Shown here piece by piece: positions 9,276-18,606 of a DNA stretch of 64,000 nt. The stretch's first letter is position 1. Each line of letters opens with the position of its first letter. Source of the DNA: an uncultured virus (IMG/VR IMGVR_UViG_3300006990_000018) (taxonomy: Duplodnaviria; Heunggongvirae; Uroviricota; Caudoviricetes); the IMG/VR virus record IMGVR_UViG_3300006990_000018; one strand, given 5' to 3'. A program made the translations under genes and the position numbers. The notes beneath the pieces are model-generated. The model saw nothing but the letters and a program-made list of their open reading frames with translations. It was not told where the DNA came from and searched no databases.

Positions 9276-11036
9276 ATGAGTGTGGTCCGCATCAACATCC
9301 CCAGCAAGGGCAACCTGCCCGACCTGCGGGAGAAGGTGCGGCCCGACTTCCCCATGCCGTCCTTTCGCAAGTTCCAAGCGGAGGCGCTCAGCGTCGCCTA
9401 TTGGGCGCTTGAGAACGACGACTTTCACAACATCGTGATTCAAGCCCCCACGGGGATTGGGAAGTCCGCTATCGCCATGACGATTCAGTCGCAGTTCAAG
9501 TCGGCCTACCTACTCACACCGTCTTTGGGCCTTGCAGAGCAATACAAGACCGACTATGGCCACCGATTGGAAGAGGTGCGGGGTAGGTCCAACTTTGACT
9601 GTTGGGCGCGCTCTGGGACCGCTAAGAGCGCTCCTTGTTGGACGAGGACCAACGGGTCCTGCAAGCACTCCAAACGCAAGGAGGACGGTGGGGACCCCTG
9701 CCCGTATTATGAGCAACGCTTCGCCGCTGAGGACGCTTCCTTGACCCTCTCCAACCCTGCCTACTTGTTCCGTGCTGTGCGTGGCTACACCAACTTTGAG
9801 CAACGGGAGTTCGCCATCATAGACGAAGCGCACGACATGGAGGGGTTCATTCACGACCTCTTGGAGGTGCGATTGAGCGCCAAGGAATGGACCACCGTGT
9901 TCGGCAAGGGACGGTTCCCCAACCACCTCACCCCCAAGGATTGGAGGGCTGAAATCAAGGAACGCATTGAGGTCGCTCGCAAGGTCTTGGATAAGGCCGA
10001 GGCAGAACTCAACATCACCAAGTCTGAGAAGGAGGTGGAGCGCATCAAGGAGGCTGTTTCCAAAATGGAGACGGCGCTGGAAGTGCTCGTCCAGCCAAAC
10101 AATGTGCACATCTCGTTTGAGAACAACCGCTTCGGAGAGTTCCTCATCATCAAGCCCATTCGGGTGCGAAACTACGCCGCTGAAATCCTTGAGAGCGTCG
10201 CCGAGCGTCGCATTTTCCTCTCGGCCACCGTGCTTGACCTTGATACCTTCCTGCACGGGCTGGGGCTTGAGGACCAGCGCACGCTATACATCAACATCAC
10301 GCAGTCGCCCTTCCCGAAGGAGAACTTCAATGCTCACTATGTCCCATGCGGGTCTATGTCGTGGGGCAAGCGCAAGCACACCATCCCGAAGCAAGTCAAG
10401 GCTCTGGACGCCATTCTCAAGCAATACCCGAACAAGCGAGGGGTTATCCTACCGCATAGCCACGCCATCCGAAAGGAAGTGGTGGACGGACTGATTGCCG
10501 CTGGGCACGGAGACCGAATACGAACTCACGACTCCAACGCTCGTGCTCGGGACGAGGTGCTCAAGGACTTCTTCACCAGCAAACGAGACGACCTCGTGCT
10601 CATCAGCACCTATGTCGGGCAGGGCTTTGACTTCAAGGGCAAATTGGCTGAGTTCCTGTGCATCCTCAAGGTGCCCTACCTGCCGACCAAGGACCCCGTT
10701 ATCGCCGAGCGCATGATGCAGGACGAACTCGCATGGAGGCAGGTTCACGAGGCCACTCCCTCGTGTCCCTACGAGCCTCCCAGCAAATACAGCGGCGAAC
10801 TGTGCGGAGCGGGTTTCACCTGCCCTGCACCGTGTCAGAAGTGGTATCAATTGCAGACGGCACTCTCCATCGTGCAAGGCGCAGGGCGCGTCGTGCGTAG
10901 CCCCGACGATGTGGGCCACCTGTTCATCCTTGACGGCGGCTGGGCGCGATTCGCTCGGTCCAGCGGGCATCTGCTCCCGTCTTGGTTCAAGGACAATGTG
11001 CGAGAGGCTCCACGCTGGTTGAAACGACAGTTATAG
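9276..11036 (+). CDS. XPD/DinG-family SF2 helicase with FeS cysteines
   Basis: APTGIGKS, DEAH, LSAT, GQGFDF and QGAGRVVRS motifs, four Cys after motif Ia; start moved to the ATG about 22 nt after the TATA box. Confidence 0.92.
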   Translation: MSVVRINIPSKGNLPDLREKVRPDFPMPSFRKFQAEALSVAYWALENDDFHNIVIQAPTGIGKSAIAMTIQSQFKSAYLLTPSLGLAEQYKTDYGHRLEEVRGRSNFDCWARSGTAKSAPCWTRTNGSCKHSKRKEDGGDPCPYYEQRFAAEDASLTLSNPAYLFRAVRGYTNFEQREFAIIDEAHDMEGFIHDLLEVRLSAKEWTTVFGKGRFPNHLTPKDWRAEIKERIEVARKVLDKAEAELNITKSEKEVERIKEAVSKMETALEVLVQPNNVHISFENNRFGEFLIIKPIRVRNYAAEILESVAERRIFLSATVLDLDTFLHGLGLEDQRTLYINITQSPFPKENFNAHYVPCGSMSWGKRKHTIPKQVKALDAILKQYPNKRGVILPHSHAIRKEVVDGLIAAGHGDRIRTHDSNARARDEVLKDFFTSKRDDLVLISTYVGQGFDFKGKLAEFLCILKVPYLPTKDPVIAERMMQDELAWRQVHEATPSCPYEPPSKYSGELCGAGFTCPAPCQKWYQLQTALSIVQGAGRVVRSPDDVGHLFILDGGWARFARSSGHLLPSWFKDNVREAPRWLKRQL

Positions 11037-11075
11037 GCCGACACCTTAATATAGGGGAACCTGCTACGATTAAAC

Positions 11076-11306
11076 ATGGCGAACCACTACGATTTGCCCC
11101 ACGAGCCAACCGAACTGATGGTTGAAGTTGCTATCCAAAACGGCCAACACCCGCTTGATATGTTTCAAGACGGATGGTGGATTGACGAAGGCATCCCATG
11201 TGAGATTCGTATTGCTACCAAAGATGCTATTTGGACCACTCTTGAGGCAGTTCCCGAATTGCCGTTGAAGCGATACCCACGAGCGCTAAAATTGCTCACG
11301 GTTTGA
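11076..11306 (+). CDS. Hypothetical protein
   Basis: Family promoter ending CTACGATTAAAC-ATG. Confidence 0.7.
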   Translation: MANHYDLPHEPTELMVEVAIQNGQHPLDMFQDGWWIDEGIPCEIRIATKDAIWTTLEAVPELPLKRYPRALKLLTV

Positions 11307-11351
11307 ACTTTGACCGCATGTTTAATATAGGTGTGGTCTCAAGTGAGGGGC

Positions 11352-11555
11352 ATGAACAACCCCCAACCCGACGACGAACCACTTGGGGTCGTGGCTTTTC
11401 ATGTCCCGACCGAAGCCCGACTGATTATGAAAGCCGTGTCCTACATGGTGATGATGAACGCTTCCATTCCAATGCAACGAAACGCCTTGGCGCTTGCCTG
11501 CGGCGAGACTGACTACGCTCCCGTCATTGACCACCGACGGGGGTTGTTGGAGTGA
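11352..11555 (+). CDS. Hypothetical protein
   Basis: ATG at promoter spacing; overlaps the start of the next gene. Confidence 0.6.
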   Translation: MNNPQPDDEPLGVVAFHVPTEARLIMKAVSYMVMMNASIPMQRNALALACGETDYAPVIDHRRGLLE

Positions 11556-12082
11556 ACATTTTCTTCACCGACGAACACCCCACCATCGCCGCTCGCAACC
11601 TGTGCGACGACCATGTGGTCTCGCAGTTCAAAGAGTCCATTCAAATGCTCGTGGCCGCCGCTTTGCTCCGTGGAGCGGACCCCAACGCCATGCCCCTCAC
11701 AACTTCGGGCCGTCCGCACCGTGGAGGCTACAAACATCACCCCTGCACTCGCTGGGCGTCTGAGAACCCAGCGAATTGGAATTGGCTCTGCGACCACGCA
11801 CTCGCCATCGGAGCGGAGTTCCGTATGCGCTTTGACAACGACACCAGCATTCTCCACGACCAAATCCTCCTGCTCGCCTGCTCCCGAGACACCATCCTCA
11901 GCCACTTTGACGAGGAGTGGGGCATGACAGAGCCAGCCCGAGCGCTGAACCAAAGCATCGGCGAGAACCTTGACCTGCTCGGAGACGACCTCACCACGGT
12001 GGAGGCATACCGCCTCTATTATCAGCGGGACAAGCGCTCGTTCGCCGAGTGGAAGTATTCGCGTGCTCCCGATTGGTTTTGA
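11552..12082 (+). CDS. Pyrimidine-dimer DNA glycosylase / endonuclease V-like protein
   Basis: MNIF...AA..LCD.HV.....E..QML and HPCTRW motifs, AYRxYY near the C-terminus. Confidence 0.8.
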   Translation: MNIFFTDEHPTIAARNLCDDHVVSQFKESIQMLVAAALLRGADPNAMPLTTSGRPHRGGYKHHPCTRWASENPANWNWLCDHALAIGAEFRMRFDNDTSILHDQILLLACSRDTILSHFDEEWGMTEPARALNQSIGENLDLLGDDLTTVEAYRLYYQRDKRSFAEWKYSRAPDWF

Positions 12083-12120
12083 GCGATGGGTTAATATAGG
12101 AGTGGACGCTACCAATGACC

Positions 12121-12276
12121 ATGACCCCCCAAGAAATGATGCAAGCCAACGCCGTTATCGTCATGGACGAGCAAGAGGACATTCCCGTGGAATGCCCCCT
12201 GTGCACCGACTCCGACGCTCCTGTGTGCAACGAGACCGTCTGCGACGAGTGCAAGCACGACGCCACATGGTCGTGA
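12121..12276 (+). CDS. 51-aa Cys-rich protein (not in the ORF track)
   Basis: Promoter-linked ATG; MTPQEMMQ..CPLC..C....CDEC. Confidence 0.6.
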   Translation: MTPQEMMQANAVIVMDEQEDIPVECPLCTDSDAPVCNETVCDECKHDATWS

Positions 12277-12309
12277 AGGCTCAATAACCCGTGCCCCCAT
12301 CGTTGAGGC

Positions 12310-14115
12310 ATGGGCGACGAGAACGAACGCTTCCAGCGCATCGTGAGAGCGCCTGCTGACGACCCGTTCATCATCAGCCCACCCAAGGTCCTGCTGGACG
12401 AGGTGGAACGGCTGGGACAGGACCCACGGCGTCCAAGGACGGCCGTTGCACGCTGGGCCTCCCGTCTATGGGCCGAGACCCAAAGGGAGCGCATACGGCG
12501 TGCTCCTGCGCCCTCCATGAATAACGCTCCATCCGAGAAGGAACTCATGGAACGCCCCGCTCACTACCCGACCGACTTCGGCCTTGGCCTCATCCCGTTC
12601 CCGAACGAGGTGGGTGGATGGGTGCTGGATAAGACCGCCACGACCTGCTACACAAGCCTCTCCGTCCCCCGCCCGTTTGACCCACACCTACACGGAGACC
12701 TAACCGCAGAGACCGTTGGGTTCGGCTACATGTATCACGGGACCTCTCCGTTCCCCGACCGATACGACATCGTGAACCGAAGGGGTGGAGGTCCACGAGG
12801 CGGGTTCGCTTTCACCAGCGGACCTACCGAGGGCAATTATCCCTCCACTATCCTACCCTCACCGACCTTCAACCTCGGCGACCTTGGGTTTAGCGACGGC
12901 GGCTGGAATCCCGAGGGCCTGCAATACACGAACCGCCCCCGTCAAATGCGACTCGGCGGTCTCCGCAACGGGTGGCCGCATCAAGTGTTCTTCGTCCGCT
13001 CACGGCAGGTATTCTTTCGCAACCTATACGGCCCAATAGCCTCGGACGAGGCAACGCCACGAGCACCCACCGTTGTGCTGAACGGAAGCAAATCCATTCA
13101 CGGCGTTCTCTCAGTTTCATCTCGCCACGAACTCAACGCGCCCCGTCGGCTGACGGTTCGTATTTCATCGGTCGTCGGTCGGAGAGCGGGAGTCGCCCAA
13201 GTCGGGGACACCATCCAAGTCTATGCGGCTCCACGGCGCTGGGCGAACCCACCGCTGATTTTCACGGGCTTCGTGTCCGACCTTGAGGAGACCACGAATG
13301 AGGTCGTCTTGACCTGCCTTGACCCGCTCGGGTTCCTCACCAACGAGACCATTCTGAACGATGAACTGCTCGTCCGAGGGGACGCCGCATCGGTGATAAA
13401 GGGCATCGTGGCTCAATCGTCATACGCTCCGCCTATTGGCCGTATTAGCACCGAGAGCCTCGTGTCCGTGCCGTCGGGCCTCGTGCTCAAGGGCAAGACC
13501 TTGCTGGACGCAGTTCAAACCGTGCTCGGTTTCATCAACATAGCACCAGCGCCCATGACGATTTATGCCGACGGCAAGGGCTACATTCACCTACGCTCGC
13601 TCGCCGAGGTGGACGACTCAAGCCTCACTCCTCTCGTGGCTGGGCGTATGCCCCGCACAGCCGTGCCGCAGGACTTTTATCCAACCAGCGTGGAACGGGT
13701 CAAGGGCGACCTTGACATTTTCAATGTGATAACGGTTCAGAACAACTCGGCTGGGGTCTCATTCACCTACCCACCCGAGGACGACGCCTCATATCCCCGC
13801 CGTCCAGTCCATCGGGTTGTTCAAGAATCCACAGTCCAAGACGAACGGCAAGCAGAGCAGTTCGCCCGCTTGATGTTGGCCAATAACGGGCGAACCCAAG
13901 AGCAATTCATCATTGAGGGCCTCCCAGAACGCTTTGACATTCGGGCGGGTGATGTGATGGAGTTTGCATCGTCGGCGGGTATCGCTGGCCGCCACCGAGT
14001 CTTTTCGGTTGGTTGGGAATTGACACCCGAAGGGGCGCGTATGACGCTCTCCGTGGGCCGCCAATCGGCGAACCTTGTGGCCACCTTGCGATTCGCAAGC
14101 GGCCTGTCGTTGTGA
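12310..14115 (+). CDS. Baseplate hub / tail tip protein (gp27/GpD/Tal-like)
   Basis: IFTGFV..LEE....LTCLD, YADGKG, NVITV and DIRAGDV..RVFSV..ELT..MTLSVG pattern typical of hub proteins. Confidence 0.7.
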   Translation: MGDENERFQRIVRAPADDPFIISPPKVLLDEVERLGQDPRRPRTAVARWASRLWAETQRERIRRAPAPSMNNAPSEKELMERPAHYPTDFGLGLIPFPNEVGGWVLDKTATTCYTSLSVPRPFDPHLHGDLTAETVGFGYMYHGTSPFPDRYDIVNRRGGGPRGGFAFTSGPTEGNYPSTILPSPTFNLGDLGFSDGGWNPEGLQYTNRPRQMRLGGLRNGWPHQVFFVRSRQVFFRNLYGPIASDEATPRAPTVVLNGSKSIHGVLSVSSRHELNAPRRLTVRISSVVGRRAGVAQVGDTIQVYAAPRRWANPPLIFTGFVSDLEETTNEVVLTCLDPLGFLTNETILNDELLVRGDAASVIKGIVAQSSYAPPIGRISTESLVSVPSGLVLKGKTLLDAVQTVLGFINIAPAPMTIYADGKGYIHLRSLAEVDDSSLTPLVAGRMPRTAVPQDFYPTSVERVKGDLDIFNVITVQNNSAGVSFTYPPEDDASYPRRPVHRVVQESTVQDERQAEQFARLMLANNGRTQEQFIIEGLPERFDIRAGDVMEFASSAGIAGRHRVFSVGWELTPEGARMTLSVGRQSANLVATLRFASGLSL

Positions 14116-14316
14116 AGAAAAGGTGAGGCGCAGGGAGCGAGAACTTTGCCCTGTTGGGATTCTCGGTATGCGCCTCGGGGCGAGCACAGGGAGCGAGAAC
14201 TTGGCCCTACACGGGATTCTCGGTATGTGCTCTAAGCGTTCCCTCGCCGCCTATCCATCCCATCTCCCCACAGGTGTGGTTCTTGGGCGTGGCGGGTTCG
14301 GCTTGGGTCTGCTCTG
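14116..14316 (-). ncRNA. Putative structured ncRNA of about 200 nt with two tandem domains
   Basis: Intact minus-strand promoter, no usable ORF, duplicated ~51-nt covarying domain, U-tract end. Confidence 0.6.
14125..14232. repeat. Tandem ~51-bp hairpin repeat (14125-14176 and 14182-14232)
   Basis: Shared core GGGAGCGAGAACTT.GCCCT...GGGATTCTCGGTA closed by GAGGCGCA/TGCGCCTC and GAGCACA/TGTGCTC. Confidence 0.9.
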
Positions 14317-14359
14317 ATTAGTCCTATGAGCCACTCCTATATGAAGGTGTCGCTCAAAA
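14317..14359 (-). promoter_or_regulatory. Minus-strand family promoter
   Basis: Reverse complement reads TTTGAGCGACACC-TTCATATA-GGAGTGG. Confidence 0.75.
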
Positions 14360-14615
14360 GGGTTGGACCCCCGCCGACGCTTCACCATTCAGCAAAAACG
14401 CACCCCCTCAACACCTTGCGATGTGAGGTTGGGTGGGCGTGCGGCGGGGTGGCCCCCAAGGGTTCCGTGTGCATGAGGGCGGTGGAATTGCTCCGCCTTG
14501 CATCCGCTCGTAGGTATTTCACCTTCCGCTAAACACATCGGTCCCTTGAGGGCCTGTCCTTGAATCCCCCCGACTCGCATCGGGAGGTGCTTCGGTCGGG
14601 GTTGTTGCCCCAACA
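14357..14615 (-). ncRNA. Putative structured ncRNA of about 260 nt
   Basis: Promoter with no ATG; GNRA-capped hairpins (GCGA, GCAA); 5'/3' terminal pairing; UUUU end. Confidence 0.62.
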
Positions 14616-14659
14616 ATCTATCGTAGCGGTCGCCCCTATATCAATGTGTCGGTCTCAAA
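14616..14659 (-). promoter_or_regulatory. Minus-strand family promoter
   Basis: Reverse complement reads CCGACACA-TTGATATA-GGGGCGACCG-CTACGATAGA. Confidence 0.8.
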
Positions 14660-14763
14660 GGTTTAATTCAAGGGGCTTTGGGCAAAAATCCGACATGAAG
14701 AAACACTCGGCATATAGGTTCTGAGCGTTCTCAAGGCCAAAAATCGCAAAAAGCCCCCATCAT

Positions 14764-14864
14764 TAGCCCCCCTATGGGGGGCTACCCCCAATGATTGAAA
14801 CAGACTTACACACTAACACACACACACAACAAACAAACTGTGTGTATGAAAGAGGAGAGGGGTC
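14764..14864. other. Candidate replication origin element
   Basis: Perfect 9-bp inverted repeat at 14764-14784 plus a (CA)n/(TG)n element homologous to 44321-44373, just upstream of the helicase gene. Confidence 0.4.
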
Positions 14865-14909
14865 GGTCTGCATCATTGTTAAGAGGGTGGGGGTAGGCTT
14901 GAGGTGAGC

Positions 14910-16904
14910 ATGGCCCCCGAAATTATCGTCAGTCAATCCACCGAGTCGTCGTCCGACTTCCTCTTTGAAGCCGCCGACCTACCCGTGAAATTGACCTTCC
15001 TGTCGTCCACAAAGGGACGCATGGAGTTCAGCGCTGAGGTGGATGGCGAACCCAAGGGCAAGGTCAATGTCCTGTCCCAGCACTCCATCGCTCGGCTCGC
15101 CAAGTCGTCGCTCAAGGACGAGGGACTCAAGGACGAGTTCACCGCCACGATGCTCAAGGCTGGCGTGATTCTCCGAGAAGGCACCTATGTCGTCGCCACC
15201 ATGGAGGACAAAACAACCGCCGAAGTCATGTCGCTTGAGGGCGAGTCATCCACCTACGGGGACATTGAGCCAGCGACCATCGGACGATTCCTCGGCGAGC
15301 GCTTCCTGTTGGACCGTATCAACGAGATTCTCCACGAGAGTCGTGAGACCCCGTTCGTCGGAGACGATGCTAACCTGCTCCTCACCTTCCTCGTGTTCTT
15401 GTCCTGCAAGACGGACAACCCGCTCAACCTTGAGATGATTGGGCAGTCATCCAGCGGCAAGACCTACATGACCTTGACCGCTCGCAACGGCTTCCCCAAG
15501 TCCATGATTATGGTTCTCGCTGGGGCCTCCAAGGAGGCGCTGAAATACGACTACGACGAGGTGGATGAGGACGGAAACTTCATCGTCAATGTGGACGGTC
15601 GTTGCATCGTCGTCTTGGAAAAGGACGAGTCATTCGCATTCATTCGCAAGATGAAGCCCATCATGTCGGGAGACGACACGGAACTCGTTTGGAAAACTCC
15701 CATCAAGAATGAGTTATCGGGGGAAATAGAGACGAGGGACTTCATCATCAGAGGTCGTCCGTCGTTCATCACGCTCACCACTCGCAACCCCAGCGAGCAG
15801 GAGCAAATCACACGGCAACTCATCATGACACCCGACACGACGGTGGAGAAGGTGAATGAAGTGGTCAAGAACGCCTTGCTGGCCAAGGCACGACCCGAGA
15901 CCTTCAAGGTGCACCCCGACCTCAAAATGCTTCAAGCGTCCATGCTTTCACTCAACCGCTATCGGGTCCGCAACATTTTCGCCCCGCTCATGGTGGACTT
16001 CTTCCCCGCTCGCAACGCTCAGCACCAGCGAGACATCGGCAAGGTGCTCTCCATCATTGACGCCGTGGCTCTGCTCCACCAGCACCAGCGACCTGTGCAA
16101 AAGGACGAGCACGGGGACGAATACCTGCTGGCCTCCGTGGAGGATAATGTGATAGGGCTTATGCTCTGCGACCTCGTTCTCCGAGCCAGCCTGTCGGGGG
16201 TGCCCGACGACACTTGGACCGTATATCAGCAAATGACCGCCATGGAGGAAGCCAAGCGCCCGCTCACCGAGGACAACATTCTCCAATGGCTCGGCATCCA
16301 CGCCTTCACCATCAGCAAGAACGCCCTCAAGGAGAAGCACCTCCCAACGCTTGAGGACGCTGGCCTCATTGAGGTCGCTCGTCGTGGCGGAGGGCGCGGT
16401 GGCGGCAAGAAGGCATACCGCCTCGTCAAATCTCGCATCGGTCTCATGGACGACTACGCCCTGTCCCCCCTGTTCGTGGAAGCGGCGGCGGCGAACCTAC
16501 ACGACCTCGCCAACGAATACAACGATGTTTTGACCAGCGCCGAACCTGCCGCTCACCGATTCCCATTGAAGGCGAAGGACCAATCCCTTCTCCGCTCCAT
16601 CGGATGCCCCAGCAAGGAAGCGTCCGAGGTTTGGCGGTCTTTGTTCCTCCCATCCTACCTACGCCCTGCTGGACGCTCAACGCTCCTGTGGGACATCGTA
16701 GGAAAGGACTCCAAACACCGAGACGGATTGTTCGGTGGGGACGCTTGGTTCAACGCTACGAGCGACGCAACAGCGGCATTGAGCAAGCGCCGAGAAGTCA
16801 AGGAAGCCATCAAGACTGCCTCGCAGTCCACCACTTTGGATAACGAGGACCTATGGGAAGCGATGATGGATGCACACCTGTCGGGACTTGAGGATGATGA
16901 TTGA
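14910..16904 (+). CDS. MCM-like AAA+ ATPase, putative replicative helicase, with a wHTH-like C-terminal region
   Basis: Walker A GQSSSGKT, IVVLEKDE Walker B-like motif, ITLTT sensor, ITRQ arginine finger; adjacent to the SSB. Confidence 0.7.
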   Translation: MAPEIIVSQSTESSSDFLFEAADLPVKLTFLSSTKGRMEFSAEVDGEPKGKVNVLSQHSIARLAKSSLKDEGLKDEFTATMLKAGVILREGTYVVATMEDKTTAEVMSLEGESSTYGDIEPATIGRFLGERFLLDRINEILHESRETPFVGDDANLLLTFLVFLSCKTDNPLNLEMIGQSSSGKTYMTLTARNGFPKSMIMVLAGASKEALKYDYDEVDEDGNFIVNVDGRCIVVLEKDESFAFIRKMKPIMSGDDTELVWKTPIKNELSGEIETRDFIIRGRPSFITLTTRNPSEQEQITRQLIMTPDTTVEKVNEVVKNALLAKARPETFKVHPDLKMLQASMLSLNRYRVRNIFAPLMVDFFPARNAQHQRDIGKVLSIIDAVALLHQHQRPVQKDEHGDEYLLASVEDNVIGLMLCDLVLRASLSGVPDDTWTVYQQMTAMEEAKRPLTEDNILQWLGIHAFTISKNALKEKHLPTLEDAGLIEVARRGGGRGGGKKAYRLVKSRIGLMDDYALSPLFVEAAAANLHDLANEYNDVLTSAEPAAHRFPLKAKDQSLLRSIGCPSKEASEVWRSLFLPSYLRPAGRSTLLWDIVGKDSKHRDGLFGGDAWFNATSDATAALSKRREVKEAIKTASQSTTLDNEDLWEAMMDAHLSGLEDDD

Positions 16905-16936
16905 CCTTCATATAGGTGGGGTGAGAAGTGGGGGTC

Positions 16937-18094
16937 ATGTCAGCAAAAAACCTGCCTGCCTCCGTGAAAAGCCGCCTACAACCCTTCATTGACAAGGGGA
17001 TTCAGAACGGTATTTTCCAAGACGCCCAGCCTGTCGTGAACCTATACCGCAAGAAAGCGGCCGAACTCAAAGACACCGTGAGTGAACTCGGTGGGATGAA
17101 GTCCAAGAACGCTCAGATGTTCGTGGCGAACTGCGTCATGACCGACCTCTCCGCCATGCTTCGTCAGAAGTCCTTCATGGTCCACCTTGATGTTTGGACC
17201 GTGGACTCCCGAATGACCCGCACAGGCCGAGCCATGGCCAATGTGTTCGGCCAAGCCATCGTTGAGGATGGCGACTCCGTGATGGACTCCGCTCTGTTCA
17301 AGATGTCCCTATGGGACGAGGACGCCGCTCTCGCCGACGACCTCGTGGGCGGTTGCACCTACAACGCATCAGTCTCCTGTCGCAACCTTGACGCCGAAGT
17401 GCTGGACTTCCGCCCACTCTCGGGCATGACCACCTTCACCGAGGAGGAATACGAGCACGGCGCCTCTGCCGATGTGCTCCAAGCCACCTTTGACATCACT
17501 CCAATTGCTGAATTGGAGAACGACATTTCACGCAACCGCAACGACTACCGCATGGTGCAAGCCACGGTCTCCTACGCTGGCGTTCAGACCTCCAAGACGG
17601 GCAACACCTTCGGGAAAATGCTACTCAAGGACGAGTCCACCATGACCATTGAGGCCATTGAATCGGGCGAGGGCTTGATGCTCAACGCTCTCTGCGACAC
17701 CACCACCGCCAACCGCTTCGGCAAATACAGCGAGGTGCTCGCTCTCATCACCACTTCCATGTCCGAGCAATACGGACTCTCCGCCACCATTGAGTGCGCT
17801 GTGGGTCTCGTTGTGATTGCTCCGCCCAAGGTTGAGGCTCCCAAGTCGGGAGACGACGCCGAGGACAACGCATCGGACTACTTCAACAACGCTCCAACCA
17901 TTGACCTTGACGACGACGAGGACGCATCGGAAGAGACCACGCAAGGCGAAGGACTACCCGAAACTGAAAGCGAAGCCGAGGAGGCCGTTGAGTCTCCGCA
18001 GGCAGAAACCTCAGACGGGACACAGGCCAAAGCCGACGACGAGGGCTGGACCGAAGGCTCCGACGACGAAGAATGGGACGATGATTGGGACTGA
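16937..18094 (+). CDS. RPA-like OB-fold ssDNA-binding protein with acidic tail
   Basis: KMSLWDEDA and LLKDES OB-fold motifs; D/E-rich tail ending WDDDWD. Confidence 0.7.
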   Translation: MSAKNLPASVKSRLQPFIDKGIQNGIFQDAQPVVNLYRKKAAELKDTVSELGGMKSKNAQMFVANCVMTDLSAMLRQKSFMVHLDVWTVDSRMTRTGRAMANVFGQAIVEDGDSVMDSALFKMSLWDEDAALADDLVGGCTYNASVSCRNLDAEVLDFRPLSGMTTFTEEEYEHGASADVLQATFDITPIAELENDISRNRNDYRMVQATVSYAGVQTSKTGNTFGKMLLKDESTMTIEAIESGEGLMLNALCDTTTANRFGKYSEVLALITTSMSEQYGLSATIECAVGLVVIAPPKVEAPKSGDDAEDNASDYFNNAPTIDLDDDEDASEETTQGEGLPETESEAEEAVESPQAETSDGTQAKADDEGWTEGSDDEEWDDDWD

Positions 18095-18293
18095 GGCAGA
18101 GCACGCTTCACCTTTTTGCTCTGAAAAGCCCAGCGTCGGCTACCCGTGAGGGCGTCGTAGGAGTTCCATCCTTTTCAACGCTGAGCGTTCCTCACCCACT
18201 TTCTCTTTGGGGCGGGGGTTTCGGGGGTTTCCCCCGTCCCTCCCATTGTTATTGAGCGATGGTTTAATATAGGAGTGCACGCTACCACTATTC

Positions 18294-18581
18294 ATGGCGA
18301 ACAACCCGACCACCATCCTGCCCATGATACGACTGACCCGTGAGGCTTCCACCCTTGAAATCAACTGTCAATGTGGCGGTGTGATTCGCTGGGATGGCTC
18401 CACCAATGTCCGCATCATCCGAGACATGACGCTCGCTGACTACGGCGGCGTGTGCGACGGCTGTGGATGGAAAGGTCGTTTGCTAACGGGAGATGCCCGA
18501 GACGGCGACACCGAATGGACCATTGACTACGACCCCGAAGGCATTTCCTCATTCTATCAGTTCCTCTTAGAATCTGCTTAA
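18294..18581 (+). CDS. Small Zn-ribbon protein
   Basis: Own promoter; CxC...CxxC. Confidence 0.65.
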   Translation: MANNPTTILPMIRLTREASTLEINCQCGGVIRWDGSTNVRIIRDMTLADYGGVCDGCGWKGRLLTGDARDGDTEWTIDYDPEGISSFYQFLLESA

Positions 18582-18606
18582 ATAGGTGGGGGACCAACCC
18601 TTCACC

